Shown here: piece by piece, positions 1 through 12,825 of the stretch
Layout: the number at the start of each line of letters is the position of its first letter
How positions within the stretch are numbered: the stretch's first letter is position 1
Assembly: GCA_020137815.1 (NCBI GenBank)
Contig: CM035352.1
Span: 7,874,001-7,938,000, forward strand
DNA from: Hormiphora californensis
Taxonomy: Eukaryota; Animalia; Ctenophora
Direction: 5' to 3'
Length of the DNA stretch: 64,000 nucleotides
The notes under the pieces: model-generated
Database searches by the model: none
The model's input: the letters and a program-made list of their open reading frames with translations, nothing else
Told to the model about the DNA's origin: nothing
Program-made: the position numbers and the translations under genes

Positions 1-218
1 CCGTTCTATGCCGGATATCTAAGTGAAATTGAATGAGTAAAAGGGCTAGAATCGTTGTTGTCAAGGTGATAGTCAATGATTGAATCGGTTGTCAGGGACA
101 GTTCATGGTAGCCTTTAGTCTAGGAAAATGATACTGCAGAGAAGCTGTGTAAAATGATGAATTGAGAATTTTAGTCCAGACAGGGGCGGAAGGTGCAAAA
201 GGAAGAGAGAAAAAGAAA

Positions 219-272
<54 letters not shown>

Positions 273-410
273 TGGGTGGAGCTGCAGCAGTTGAATCTGG
301 AGCTAGCAGCTACACACCTCTTCGTGTAGGTGTGCAGCATATAACTAAATTAAGTGATACCCCCTCCCAACTTTTAATGGGTATATCATCTCTTACTATC
401 ACCCCTCCTA

Positions 411-503
411 TAGAGTCAGACACCGATTTACCGGGATATATCGGGGTGAAATATCACTGTAAACTCCCTATATCGGGGTCCGGTAAATCGGGGTCCGACT
501 GTG
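411..503. mobile_element. Small CAGT-ended (Tc1/pogo-like) MITE; related copies near 28080-28117 and 49469-49541
   Basis: Imperfect inverted ends agtcagacaccgatttaccgg ... ccggtaaatcggggtccgactg. The same motif recurs elsewhere in the window. Confidence 0.5.
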
Positions 504-525
504 GATCTAGTAGCTCTATTCGTAC

Positions 526-3500
526 CTGTGACTGAGTCACACCGATCGTCGTAGTAAAGGGTGTTCTCTCTTACACAATCACAAGGTTTACACCCATCTC
601 TCCTGCCGTAGAAACCATCCTGAAAACAACACAAACATTAGATCTCTGTTAAAAGATATATGTAACCGTAGTAACCAATGGTTACTAACTATCCTGAAAA
701 CACAAAATCTTCTGTACAATTTGTGGACAATGTACGATATTCCGGAGGGATAATTTGTTGAGTAAGGGTAGGTTAGTAACCAGTGTTTGCTCAACAATTG
801 GGATAACCCAGATCAGTAGGTTTTCAGTTGGTGACATAGACACCGTGCGCGACCAAGATTGAGCTCACACACAGGTGTCTGCTCCGCCCCAAAAAGGGTC
901 GTTTCTTTCAAGGGATGTTGCACGCGATCCACTGGACCGATTTGCATCCGGTTTGTCGCAAAAGACTACAAATTATCCTAATATACTGGAAAATACCCGA
1001 GAAGTTTGTCTGTCAACAGGAAGTGGGTCAAAATTGACACTGAAGTCAAATCTATATTCTGGCTTCCGAGAGTTTCTGCTACTACGCCCATGCGATTTAG
1101 AAGATATTGGGAGATATGTTAATGCAATTAGCATCAGCTATTAATGCCGGGTATTTTCCAGTACTCACAAGAGTTCAACCTATCTTCTGATACCCTCAGA
1201 TTCATTCTAAACCGTCTGGGAGTGGTGCAAAAAGGCTCGGAAGCCAGATTATAGATTTGACTTCAGTGTCAATTTTGACCCACTTCCTGTTGTAGTCTTT
1301 TGCGACAAACCGGATACAAATCGGTCCAGTGGATCACGTGCAATTTGGCTTGAAAGACACGACCCTTTTTTAGGGGGCGGAGCGGACACCTATGTGCGAG
1401 CGGTAGGCGGTAAATGTTAACCAGATCTGTGAGAATTTCGCACGTTTTTGCCCATAACTCAGCCATTTCTTGACCAATTTGCAAAATCTTTGGCTCATTG
1501 GAAAGAGGACATCGAGATCTCTCAAATGAGCTCAAGAAAATGAAAATTGGCGCAAATTGCGCGGCGTGGTGGCGAAAACGCGCATTTTGCGCCATGACGC
1601 CGCGCATTTTGCGCCGATTTTATTTTTATTGGGCTCATTTAAAAGATCTCAATGTCCTCTTTCCAACGCACCTAAGATTTTGCAAATTGGTCAAGAAATG
1701 ACTGAGTTATGGACAAAAACGTGGTTTTGCACGTACGTTTTCTCTCAGATCTGGTTAACATTTACCGCCTACCTGTGCGAGCTCGATCTCGCACGCACTA
1801 AAGTCGGATTTTTTGAAGTTGTCACCCCAAAATGACCGCGCATGTGAAATTTATCAATTTTGACGCGCACACCACACGTTAACATGTGATGTGACGCGCA
1901 AAAACATTCCGCGCACGAAAAGGGGGGTGACAACTTCAAAAAATCCGACTTTAGGTGTCAATGTCACCAAGGTTTTCAGAATGTCTACCTCGCAGGTTGC
2001 ACACTTGTCTCCTCGGTAGTTTTGTTTACAATCACAAGCTCCCGTAGTAAAGTCACACTCATCAGATAGGGAGCCGGGCTGGTAGCACCTACACGCTGTG
2101 GAAGAATGGGGGGGGGGGGGTTAGGACACATAGTAATAGAAATTGGGGGGGGGGGTTAGGATATGTCCTATTTCAGGCTGGTAACACCTACACGCTGTAA
2201 AAGTAAAAGAATGGAAGGTTAGGACACATAGTAAAAGGAAGGGAGGGTTAGGATATGGAACATAAATAGTAACATCAGATCAGGTCTGGTGACACCTACA
2301 TGTTAGAGGGGTTAGGACATAGAATATACTGATTGGTAACACCTACACGATAAGTGAGCAAGGGGTTTACAAGTTAGGAAATAGAAGACGCATAAAGGAT
2401 AACATAAAGTCGGATTTTTTGAAACTGTCACCCCCCTCTTCACGCAAAGTCGCAAAATTTGTCATATCTCCGGTTCCTGATAAGATAGAGACTTGAAATT
2501 TGGAGATTCGGAAAAACTTAGCATGATCTTTGTAACCTCCAAATTTTAAGTCTCTATCTTATCAGGAACCGGAGTTATGGTCATTTTAAGAAATTTGAAA
2601 ACTCTAAAAAACGACAGTTATTTAAAATCCGACTATAATCAAAATAATCCCCATCAGAATATCATACTGACTGGGATTCATTGATAGCATATATTAATTG
2701 ACAGTCTGAAAACTAAAAAACTCACGTTGGCATTGTTGGGTGACAGGGTTGAGGTATTGCCCAGCGGGACAGCCATCACACTTCCATGGATCAATGTTGG
2801 TCCTATCGGGGAGACAGTTGCACTCTCCGGTCATATCGTCACAACTAATGGACCCGTCCACAGTGCCCCAAGGGTTACACTCACAGGGGAAACAGTAGGG
2901 GAAACTGTAGAAACCTTCCTGAAAGAAAGAGGGAGGGTTTGAAATTGGGTCCATTGCAACCTATTCTCGCTCCGCGTATGTGAGATCGATCTCAGTCGCG
3001 ACGTCGATCTCACTCAGGTATCAATGTGGCCAAGTAAAGGGTTGAAACATGTGCATTACTCGTCCCTGATCATAGCGCAGGGCTAGTTATGATATCCATG
3101 ACTAGCTATATCCATGTGATTCTAAAACAGGATTCACTATCAAACAACTGACCTTAATGAACGAACATGCATGCAATTAACCTACCTGGCACTTGTCGCA
3201 CTGTTCTCCGCCAATGTTAGCTTTACACACGCAGTTACCATCATCATCACATGGTTTATTAGCGAACATGATCCCCTGGTTGTGACACTGACACGCTGAG
3301 GAGGGAGTGGTAGTAAGGAGAGTCTGTATATCCGTCGCAAAGTTATTTTCCTACCGAATTGTGGATCAAAGTTGGAGATAAAGTCATAGAGGACGACAGA
3401 TATCAAAGTCAAATTCATCGCTTGGTTTGAAAGAGAATGATATTGTGACCGGTGGGTAATTGATTGATAGATGTGTTGAGACTCAGTCTGTAATGCAGCT

Positions 3501-4903
3501 AGTGTTTTAGTGCACCAAGGAGCATCTACACTTATCTAACTAAATCCTAGGTACTTAGTGCACTTACAACGCCGCCCTTAAAACTCAATTACTTTCTAAA
3601 AGTGACAGGCTCGGCGACACCTGATATATAAATAAAGCTAAGAATATATTGATAGTATCCAATACACCTCTTTATCATTCACTCAGGGGGGGGGGGAGAT
3701 TCACTCACGTTTAACAAATTTGAGCCACCCATGACTCTCCACAGTCCCGTAATAGTTCTCAGCGAAGCACGTGTACCGGCCCTCATTGCTGAGTTGTAGG
3801 TTTGTGAGGTCGAGGAGCACTATCGTGTTGCCTCCCGTCGGTAACCTACCAAACCTGGGAATCGGAAACTGCACCTGGGGGATGGCAGAGACTGTTTTAA
3901 TTGGCACGTATACTTGATTTTTGAAGTCTTGTTTGTTAAAACCACCCACAAATGGTAAGAATAAAATAAAGACTATTCTTCTTAAGAAGTAAGTATTCCC
4001 GCTCTTGCACAGGTAGGTCGATGATTCTCCCCACGCCAATTTACACCCCTACTCCCAGGAACAATGAACAATGCAGTGACTCCCCCCTCCGGTATGTGCA
4101 GCAGACAGGAGTAATATATTTGGGGATGGAAGGAGTAATAATGTTTTTAATAGAATTCATGGGGCCCTCTTTAGTCGCACGGGATTGAAGACTGGCTATT
4201 GTAGGCTTAGGAAGAAGGATTTGAGAGAGGGTGTTAACAATAGAGAGAGTGCAGTGGGAGACAATGAACTTCTGCAGCAGTAGGTGATAGGCGGCGACAG
4301 GTGCTAAATGTTAAAAAGAGGAGTTAGGGTCTAGGGAATTAGGGAATTAGGGAATTTCGAGCCTATATTTGACGTCATTACAGAGTAGCTAAAGCGGCGA
4401 TTTGGGACTAAAGACTGATCAATACTGCAAAGCACCAACCAGAGGACCTGTCTGGTGACAACAGACCCCGACAGTTCGTTCACGGCTCAAACAGGGTCCG
4501 CAGCGCCAGACAGAAGAGGACACAAAATGCTGCTTACTTTTTGAGGGCTATTATTCAACAACTGCTTACCGATATCGGTGAATTTACTGGGTTAAACTTT
4601 AGCGCCACATTAGCAAGTGGATTAGCTTTGATTTTGCAGTAAAACTGGAAGTCTTGCCCCACTTCTACCGTGTGGTTTCTCGGCTCTGAAATGAACATGT
4701 TACTAACATTGTTACTAACAATTTGTTAGATGTGGAACGGGGGGGGGGGGTAAAAATTGAAATATACCGAGGAGGTATGATAGGGGTCAATTGAGGGTCG
4801 ATTATATGTAACCTAAAAACCACACATTTCTTCCTGAGTATGTACCTGTAATAACGACAGGTCCCCCGATTGAGATTGAGCTGGCTCCCCTCTTACTCCG
4901 GGT
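526..4903 (-). CDS. Multi-exon gene for an extracellular protein with one Ig-like domain followed by laminin-type EGF repeats (partial; both ends unresolved)
   Basis: GT-AG exons with matching phases at 4903-4846, 4685-4570, 3874-3709, 3295-3186, 2918-2726, 2095-1989 and 619-526. They translate to TRSKR..EPRNHTVEVGQDFQFYC...LQLSNEGRYTCFAENYYG (I-set Ig), then CQCHNQG..CVCKANIGGEQCDKCQEGFYSFPYCFPCECNPWG..CRCYQPGSLSDECDFTTGACDCKQNYRGDKCATCEDGFYG (laminin-EGF cysteine pattern). Confidence 0.8.
1402..1773. mobile_element. Palindromic MITE with 9-bp TSD, nested in the 828-1970 element
   Basis: GGTAGGCGGTAAATGTTAACCAGATCTG ... CAGATCTGGTTAACATTTACCGCCTACC. TSD TGTGCGAGC at 1393-1401 and 1774-1782. 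Confidence 0.9.
1799..1953. mobile_element. Small MITE with TAAAGTCGGATTTTTTGAAGTTGTCACCCC TIRs; related element at about 2405-2637
   Basis: Perfect inverted termini of about 30 bp. It interrupts the right TIR of the 828-1970 element. Confidence 0.8.
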
Positions 4904-5680
4904 CTGAAGGCCTCCACCGTGGGTTAGGGTCGATAGTGTGGATATCAAAATGAGCAAACATGTCAACCAACCCATGCTGGGGGGTTGTTTTAGAGCTCGG
5001 GGTTAGGGTAGAGGGGGGGGGGGTTGCAGAGAGGGTTGCGAACAGAGGTAATCGACATGTCAACCAACCCATGCCGCAGAGGGTTGAGTCGCTTCACACT
5101 GTTTCCGTGCTCCGCAAAGAAAGTATGAACAATTTAAGCAGAGGGGTGGGTAAGGCTGCCAGAGAATTAAAGGGGTTACTACAAGTACAGCAGGGGGAAC
5201 ACTTAACTTGTTTGAGATTTGGGGGCGACATGATAGTGCACAGGCATTGTAATTGATAGCCTGCTAGTGGCTACAAAGAGACGTAGAACGAACAAGTTGG
5301 GAATGAGAAATGAAAATATAAAATGGCTAATGATGCGGGCATTGCAGACGGGTCTAGGGAATAAAAACGTGGCATATGCAGTAGTAGACAACATGTATGA
5401 GGGCAGGGCTAAGTATAGCTGATAGCAAACAGGGGTCAGGGAGCTTAGGGCTAAGTACACTTATTATAGCTGATATGTGTGCAAACAGGGAGATGATGAG
5501 GGGGATAGGAAGCAGAGAATTAGAGAATGATTGGATCATCAACACTAATTGGGTAATCCATGGTACACCAATTAATTATCTAATTAGTTCAATTAGGATC
5601 AGGTGCAGCAACTAAACCCAATTCTACACCGGTAATTCTTATCAGAAACACCAAAGAAGAACACGGGGGAAAGAGAAGTT

Positions 5681-5682
<2 letters not shown>

Positions 5683-5739
<57 letters not shown>

Positions 5740-5744
5740 TATAT

Positions 5745-5787
<43 letters not shown>

Positions 5788-5935
5788 GATTAGATAGAGA
5801 GAGAGAGAGAGATAGAAGAGAGAGAGAGAGCAGGCTGCGAGGAGCTCTATGCTAGAGAGCGTCTAGAGGCGATCGCGCGTCGCATAGAGAGATCGCAGCT
5901 CTCGCTGGAGAGACTCGAGAGAGAGAGAGAGAGAG
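5683..5935. repeat. (GA)n microsatellite; similar GA/CT tracts at about 224-270, 7284-7583, 8535-8750, 9300-9430, 11495-11567, 37452-37725, 40975-41120 and 41477-41562
   Basis: Direct inspection. Confidence 0.95.
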
Positions 5936-7288
5936 AAAAGGAGACGAGTTGACAGACAGTACGACTGTTGACTGCTGCACCCAAATTAGATCTTTGGCGG
6001 GTGACATATCATCTGATAAAGCTGGCTTGTGTAAAACTTGAAACTTACACGGAGAGTGAGTAAGTGAGATTCAGTGAGTGAGTCAGAGAGAGATAAAGAG
6101 AGATAGAACGAAAGAAAGAAAGACAGAAAGAGAGAAAAAGAGGGTGGGATGAAAAAGCTGAAAAGAAAGCCTGCATAAACTGTGTCACTCCCTGGGTGGG
6201 GCGGGGGCTCCAAACAATATTACTCTCCAGAGCTAGAGGTGGACTGCAGCAGGGATATATCAGTCTATGTGAAGTGATCCCTGACCCTATTGATTTATAC
6301 ACCAGGCCAGGGATTATGAATACTATCCCCATCAAACGAATAATTAAATCAAGAAAGAAACCTATTTAATGTCTTTAGTAGACCCTTGTAAACAGGGCTG
6401 TGTAGTGCATGTGATTCTCTGTTCTCGAGAAGAGGATTGGCCTGACTCTTCTCGAGAACCGCGGTCATGGAGCATTGGCCTTCCAGATATAATGAAGTTG
6501 AACTAGCTACTCTTGTAGCATAACAAAATAAAGGAAATATTCAAATTCACATGTCGTCAAAGGACGGAAGCAGATAAAAAGAAGAAAGACATGGCTTGAT
6601 TTAGAAAGAGAGTGAGAGAGATCGATAGAGAATGATTGAGACAGAATGCGAGAGATTGATATAAAAGGTAAAGAGAGAGGAAAAACACGCCTAGCGTTAC
6701 GCTAAGCAAACAAACAAATACCAAATTTAGGAGCAGACAGTAGACGCCAGTCTGGGCAATTGATTCAGTACTAATAGTAAAGCAATACGATAGAGATAGA
6801 TAGATAAAGAGAGAGGATAGAGAGAGATAGAGAGAGAGAAAGAAAAGAGAGAACATATAAAAAGTAGAGAACTACTACAAATGTGCAAGGAACCCCGCCA
6901 CCACCAGCAGCAACAACTTTGTCTCGTACGTCTCAGGCAGGTAGTGTGTGTAATGCGATTTGTGGAGTATACCTGCCTTCAAATCGACTGTCTGAAATTC
7001 AATAGAGAGCTAGTAAAAAGGAGAGAAAAAACTATATGTTTCGGGAGTTGTTGAGGTCAGCATTGGAACACATTATATGCTGCAGGTAGGTACTGTAAAG
7101 GCTGATATATTTGTCACGTGTGTGTAGAGTCTGTGTTTGTCGTAAAAAGCACTGTACAAGGGCACCCTGCTGCAGCTAACAAGGGAGAGAGAGGTGGGTA
7201 GAAATCCAACTAGATTAAGGAAAATCGGATCGAAAGAGAGTGATATAGTGGAAGGAAGAGTAATGCACGACCTCACCCAGCTTTCTCT

Positions 7289-7377
<89 letters not shown>

Positions 7378-7400
7378 GTCTCTCTCTGTCTCTCTCTGTC

Positions 7401-7459
<59 letters not shown>

Positions 7460-8539
7460 TCCTCTCTCGGTCTCTCTCTTCTCGTCCATTCTCTCTTCCT
7501 CTCGGTACAGCTGCTCTGTCATGCTCTCGGGTCTCTCGTCGCACTCTCTCGTCTCTCTCTCTTCGGTCTCTCTCTCTCTCTCTCCCCAGCATTATGCAGG
7601 GTTCGTGCAGGATTTATATATTATATTGTAAGGGGAGGGAACAGAGATAAAGACCTCCAGGAGGGGATCTGGAGTAGTATCTTAACTCAACCCTTTACTA
7701 CTGTATTGCAAAACAAGACATTCTATAATGGAGCAGGGCAACAGAAGAAGAAGGCTCCCACCCGGGTATGCAACAATTCTTACAGTCGTATCCACTTCCT
7801 AAACAGGATGATGATGATGGGTTAAAACATCTGGCAAGAATTCGTCCAGGAATATTATTATATTCACATTGCAAGACGAATATATTGCTTCTCAGTTCTC
7901 GTGATGGGCATGACGGACGTACGTCACTTTCATATGCTAAATCAGGCTATTATTATTACTATCTGATAGTAGTTGTTTGTGTCATAGTACAACAACGCCT
8001 AGATATGCTGGTAAGGGTTTATTTTAGCAGTAAACGTAATGATTTTATTGATAAAGGAGCAGTCAGTATCGTCACTCATCCCCAAACCCATGAGTATTAT
8101 TCAGGAAAACACGACAAGCAATTCATTGAGCAAGTAAAACGAAATGGAGCCTGGTGCACATCTTACTGTACTCACTCTGCATAGGAAATTTAATTAGGGG
8201 CAGTAAAAAATTTCAAAAATTTCACACCCAAACACAGGTGTGCATGAGAGAAAGTGGGGGAGGGAATATTAGTGTCGCGGCGGTCCAATAACGGCTGCAC
8301 TAGGGACCTAAACACGATGGAAGAAGCAGCAGCAGTGGAGCTGCAGAATCAGTCAAGCGAACACTAGCAAGAGAAAAGGACGTTTAATAAATTTACAAGG
8401 GCACACCAGAGAGAAAGAGATAGTTAACAACTTTAGCACACGCACAGGCAATTGGAGGGGGGAAGTAACTCCCATTGCCCCCAACTACCGTCACTGTTCC
8501 AAGGCGGTGCACAGGGTGAGAGACACAGTGGCGGGGAGA

Positions 8540-8570
<31 letters not shown>

Positions 8571-8577
8571 TGAGAGA

Positions 8578-8627
<50 letters not shown>

Positions 8628-8631
8628 GAGT

Positions 8632-8663
<32 letters not shown>

Positions 8664-8682
8664 CAGAGACAGAGACAGAGAC

Positions 8683-8760
<78 letters not shown>

Positions 8761-9344
8761 ACAACCTGAGAAGTAAGATACTACCCATGGTTAATTGCCG
8801 GAACTGACTGTATACAAAGTTCCACGTTTTAATTTTGATACCGAATTAAAGTGCACTACTTCAGTATCAAACATCTGGAACGAGAGATACAAGCAGGACA
8901 GATATAATTTTGCTGTCAACTAAAATCAGTTAATAGTTGTTGAGTAAGGGGTTATGTTCAACAATTATAATTGTAGGATAAAGTGAGATATTGCCGGAAT
9001 GCGATAACTGTAATCCCTTCGTCTCCAGAAAACAGGGAAATTGAAAAATTTCCTTGTTTTATAGGTTGCTTTAGGCAATCACAATCCCTCTTTTCCTTGT
9101 TTAGGTTACTTTAGGCCGCACCCTAACAGTATAAGGACACAAAGTTTAGGGATCAGGTCTATTTGGAGGGAGCTACTACCCTTGTCTAGTCTACGTCTCC
9201 CCTTAGTAAGTTTACCCCATGATCCTGGTTCTCCGGTCTCCGGTCTGGAGTATTGCCGGCCCTTCGTCCGGTCCCGATCTAATATAAATCCCGGTGAAGA
9301 GAGAGGGTGAGAGAGATAGGGAGAGGGGGTGAGAGAGATATTAT

Positions 9345-9425
<81 letters not shown>

Positions 9426-9705
9426 TAGAGAAATAGATACATCGCGATCTTGACCGGATAAAATGATTTGTCTATTTCTATTATCCATGTTGACGTACAC
9501 TTTATAAAAGGCGTGGGTTCATAATAGCTGAATGCCAATATTATTATTATATCTCTGTACAGAATTAACATGCTGTTTGCACACTTTGCAGCTACCCCTG
9601 GTTCCCCTACTGACTTTGTAACAAGATCTCTACAGTCGCAGTCGTAGTCATAGCAACACGCTCTAATATGTTACCGGCATATTGATGTATCTCCATGGCA
9701 ACCCC

Positions 9706-11191
9706 TCAATACCGTGCAGTACGGGGCCTACTGCTGCTATACAAGTCTCTACTTTTCCAAACACTCTCTGTGTAATCCCGCATCTCGCCCCAGTGTTTCT
9801 TAGCTGCTAGTATTTGGTTGTTTTTCCTGGCTTCCTTGTGGAACTGTGAACTCTTCAATTCGTACCATTTTGGTTGGGGACCCCTCAACCGTTCTAACTC
9901 CTGAAAGAGTTAAGAGATTTATTGGTTGTGAGAGGGAATTATAATAGTCTATCTTGAATTGGATGTCAACTCAGGCCCACGAGGCAGTGGAAATGGTGGG
10001 AGGAAGATTTGAGAAGTTAAACACGCGCGCTGGCGCTTTCAACTTTCTCGAACTCTGGTCCTTCGCGCGCTACGTCTACGGTAAGTTACAATTCTCACGC
10101 CCCCTGGTGCACAACAGATGTTGTCCCAAATCACCTGGAGACGGCGCACTTCCAACAATCTCCTCTCCTCCAGTCTCAGGGACTCCAGCCGGAGGGTGTT
10201 GATATCCTCCCTAAAGGGGGACTCATCCAGGTCTAGAAGGGGTCTCGGGGCACCAGAACTCCAAACTTGGGAATCGAGATCCAGAGTCCTGGGGTTGGGG
10301 GGGGGGGGGGGGTTAGACGACTAGAGACCTGGGGGTATGTGTTAGAGTGTTAGATATCTTAAAGATATGTATCTCATGTACAGCGAGTGGCAATATTAAC
10401 TTACAATCGAGCAGAAGACCGACATCTCTCCAAAGACTCCCTTGTTCGCTCCAGAGACTCTCTCGTTCTTCTCAAATCATCTGCCCGGTCGATGGCCTCC
10501 CTCGTTTTCCTGATCTCTTCAGCAGTCTCCCTCTTCCGTCTCATATCCTCTGCATTATCCAGGATATCGAAATATTCCTCAACCGCTGAGGTATCCTGGA
10601 TGGGGGGGGGGGGGGGGGTTAGGGTTAGAGTTAGAATTCTCCCGCTCAAATGAGCATTGAGTTCGAACTAAACTGGCCGGTAAAAAGAATTAAAATAGTC
10701 CACACTTCTAATGCGAAATAACTTTTTTAACTCTCTTTTTAACACTCTTTTTAACTCTCTTTTTAACTCTCTTCGACACATCAAAAGCGAATGTAGATCA
10801 AACGTGACAAGTTTTGTTTCATAGACCCTTTTGTAGAAATGTGCAATGTATTTTAGGACCCTTTGACATAATTAGACCAATTGCATTGCAGTACAGTGCT
10901 CCTTCCCCCCTATGTAACTCTACATGTATGAAATTAGTGCACTAATCATGTTAATACACAGTACAGAAGTTATATGATTAGCGGAATGAATATATTAATT
11001 AATTAATTAAGTTGCATTACGTGCATGTATGCTCGTCTGCGTAGTGCCCCCAGATGCTCTGTTAGGGCTGTGTCCGACTTGTTGAAGGGGTGATAAAGCC
11101 AGGGTCGGTAGTAATAGGATGAGTAGTAATGGGGTCGGTGGTAGTACGGCCAATAATCCAATGTCCTCATTGTGTCGCTATGATGAGTCAT
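9706..11191 (-). CDS. Uncharacterised protein of about 236 aa (Tyr-rich N-terminus, coiled-coil, C-terminal RGPQPKWYELK..FHKEARKNN motif), 4 exons
   Basis: Phase-consistent GT-AG exons at 11191-11021, 10595-10405, 10288-10135 and 9900-9706. An AG acceptor lies 9 nt upstream of the ATG. Confidence 0.7.
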
Positions 11192-11491
11192 CGAGATTAA
11201 CTGCTTAGCTCAGATTTTTCCTTGTAATGTTGCTAAAGTAGTAAGGGAAGAAGGGAAAAAATTGTATATTATTGCCTACACGGCCAATCAAATAATGCAC
11301 AAGATCTTAACAACTGAGACCTGAATGAATGAGAAATGCAGGAGCAGAGGAGCTGGATTAACAGAGATATTAACACGAAGCACTGTTTACCACTATGATT
11401 CACACGAGAGATGCAGAAAGGTAAGTGGCTTCATGCAAAAGCAATTGACTTTACTGAGCACTGGCTGCATGTTAGTAACAAGCGTAGTAGG

Positions 11492-11573
<82 letters not shown>

Positions 11574-12825
11574 GCCCGTGGTGACGTCCAATATCAAGTG
11601 CACACTGTCCGGTTCGGATACAATGCAGCCTATGACAAGCATTAGGTAACACACGTGTCTTGAGAACTTTCTTGGAAGTGTCCTTTTCATATCAATTAAT
11701 AATTGTTAATATCCATCTAATTAATAACCCAGCATGGCTTGATATATTATGTAATAGCGCCTATATCGGGAAGACAATAAGGACCTGCTGCTACCAGGCT
11801 GTGCTGGTGGAGAATTTAGAATTGCACTATATATTATCACCCAATATACCTAGCCAACAATATGTATGTAATTGGCAGAGACAATTATACCCAGACGTTC
11901 GCCCTTTAGCGGCCATAAAAAACTTTGTATTCTCTATTATTATTACTATTATTACTGCCTGTCTGTCAGAATCTGATTGGGATGTTTGTCGGAATCTGTC
12001 TGGGTACCACTCTGGGTAGACCTGGACCCACAGGGACACTTCATTTCTTCGTGATACCCGCTGTCTGGCACCGTAAACCTGTAGTCTTCCCAAACTGAGA
12101 TGCACGCTAAGGAGTCCGACCATCGACACCAGACTGGAACCAGGAAGGCAGGATTCCCTCGCCGCCACATGTCTTATATAATTCCCTGTGTATTTTGCTT
12201 TTGTTTTCGCTCCTCCCTGGCTGGCTTCTTCATACCACAATGATTAGCGCTTTTTATCCCCCTCTGTGTTATATTCATTCCTCTCTTTCCCTCTTCCTGC
12301 TCTATTCCTTCCTCTCCCTTCCAGCTTCCTGCTCTATTCCTTCTTCTCCCTCTCTCCCCTTCCTGCTACCTATCTCCCTCTCTCAGCCCTATTCCCTCTC
12401 TCAGCGCTATTCCCTCTCTCGCTCTCTTCCCTTCCTGCTCTCTCCCTTCCTGCTCCGTTCCTGCTCTCTTTCCCTCTTCCTGCTCTATTCCTGTCTCCCT
12501 GCCTCTCTCTGTGTTATTTCGGTGGTGGTGGCGCTGGGATTATTTTAAAACGTATCCTTCCAAAGGAGGAGAGTTAAATTATAAACTTCGCTTTTTAATT
12601 TAACCGCCTCATTTTGATTAGCCCTCCAGAAAATTGTATTGTAGTAGAGGAAACTAGGCACTAGGCAGTCCTTTCATATTATCTATATTATGAACTACCA
12701 CCCTCACTCTCAACATAGCTGAAGACGTGAAACATAGTGTTCTCGAAAGCTTCTGTCAATTTTAATTGATTTAGTACCATTATATCGTTGTTTATCTTTT
12801 TAATATATCCTCTATATATTTTAGT

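Larger units (their letters stand above)
828..1970. mobile_element. Palindromic MITE with 9-bp TSD (Mutator-like), hosting two further insertions
   Basis: Ends TTGGTGACAT...ATGTCACCAA with long inverted arms. TSD GGTTTTCAG at 819-827 and 1971-1979. Confidence 0.85.

Noticed and set aside
5830-5920. GC-rich scrambled sequence within a GA tract
   Set aside because: Most consistent with low-quality consensus in a microsatellite.
7768-8184. 138-aa plus-strand ORF
   Set aside because: No recognisable domain or consistent exon model; it may be a gene fragment but cannot be supported.
9250-9310. Twister-ribozyme-like words (GCCGG..GGTCCC..CCCGG..GAGGG)
   Set aside because: The required stems and pseudoknots could not be formed. 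It looks like a MITE remnant next to a GA tract.
7073-9571. ORFs of poly-ER / poly-SL (also at 11325-11690, 37435-37710 and 40616-41613)
   Set aside because: They are translations of (GA/CT)n microsatellites.
10617-10635. TTAGGG-like repeats
   Set aside because: Only 2-3 degenerate units in an intron; too short to call interstitial telomeric sequence.
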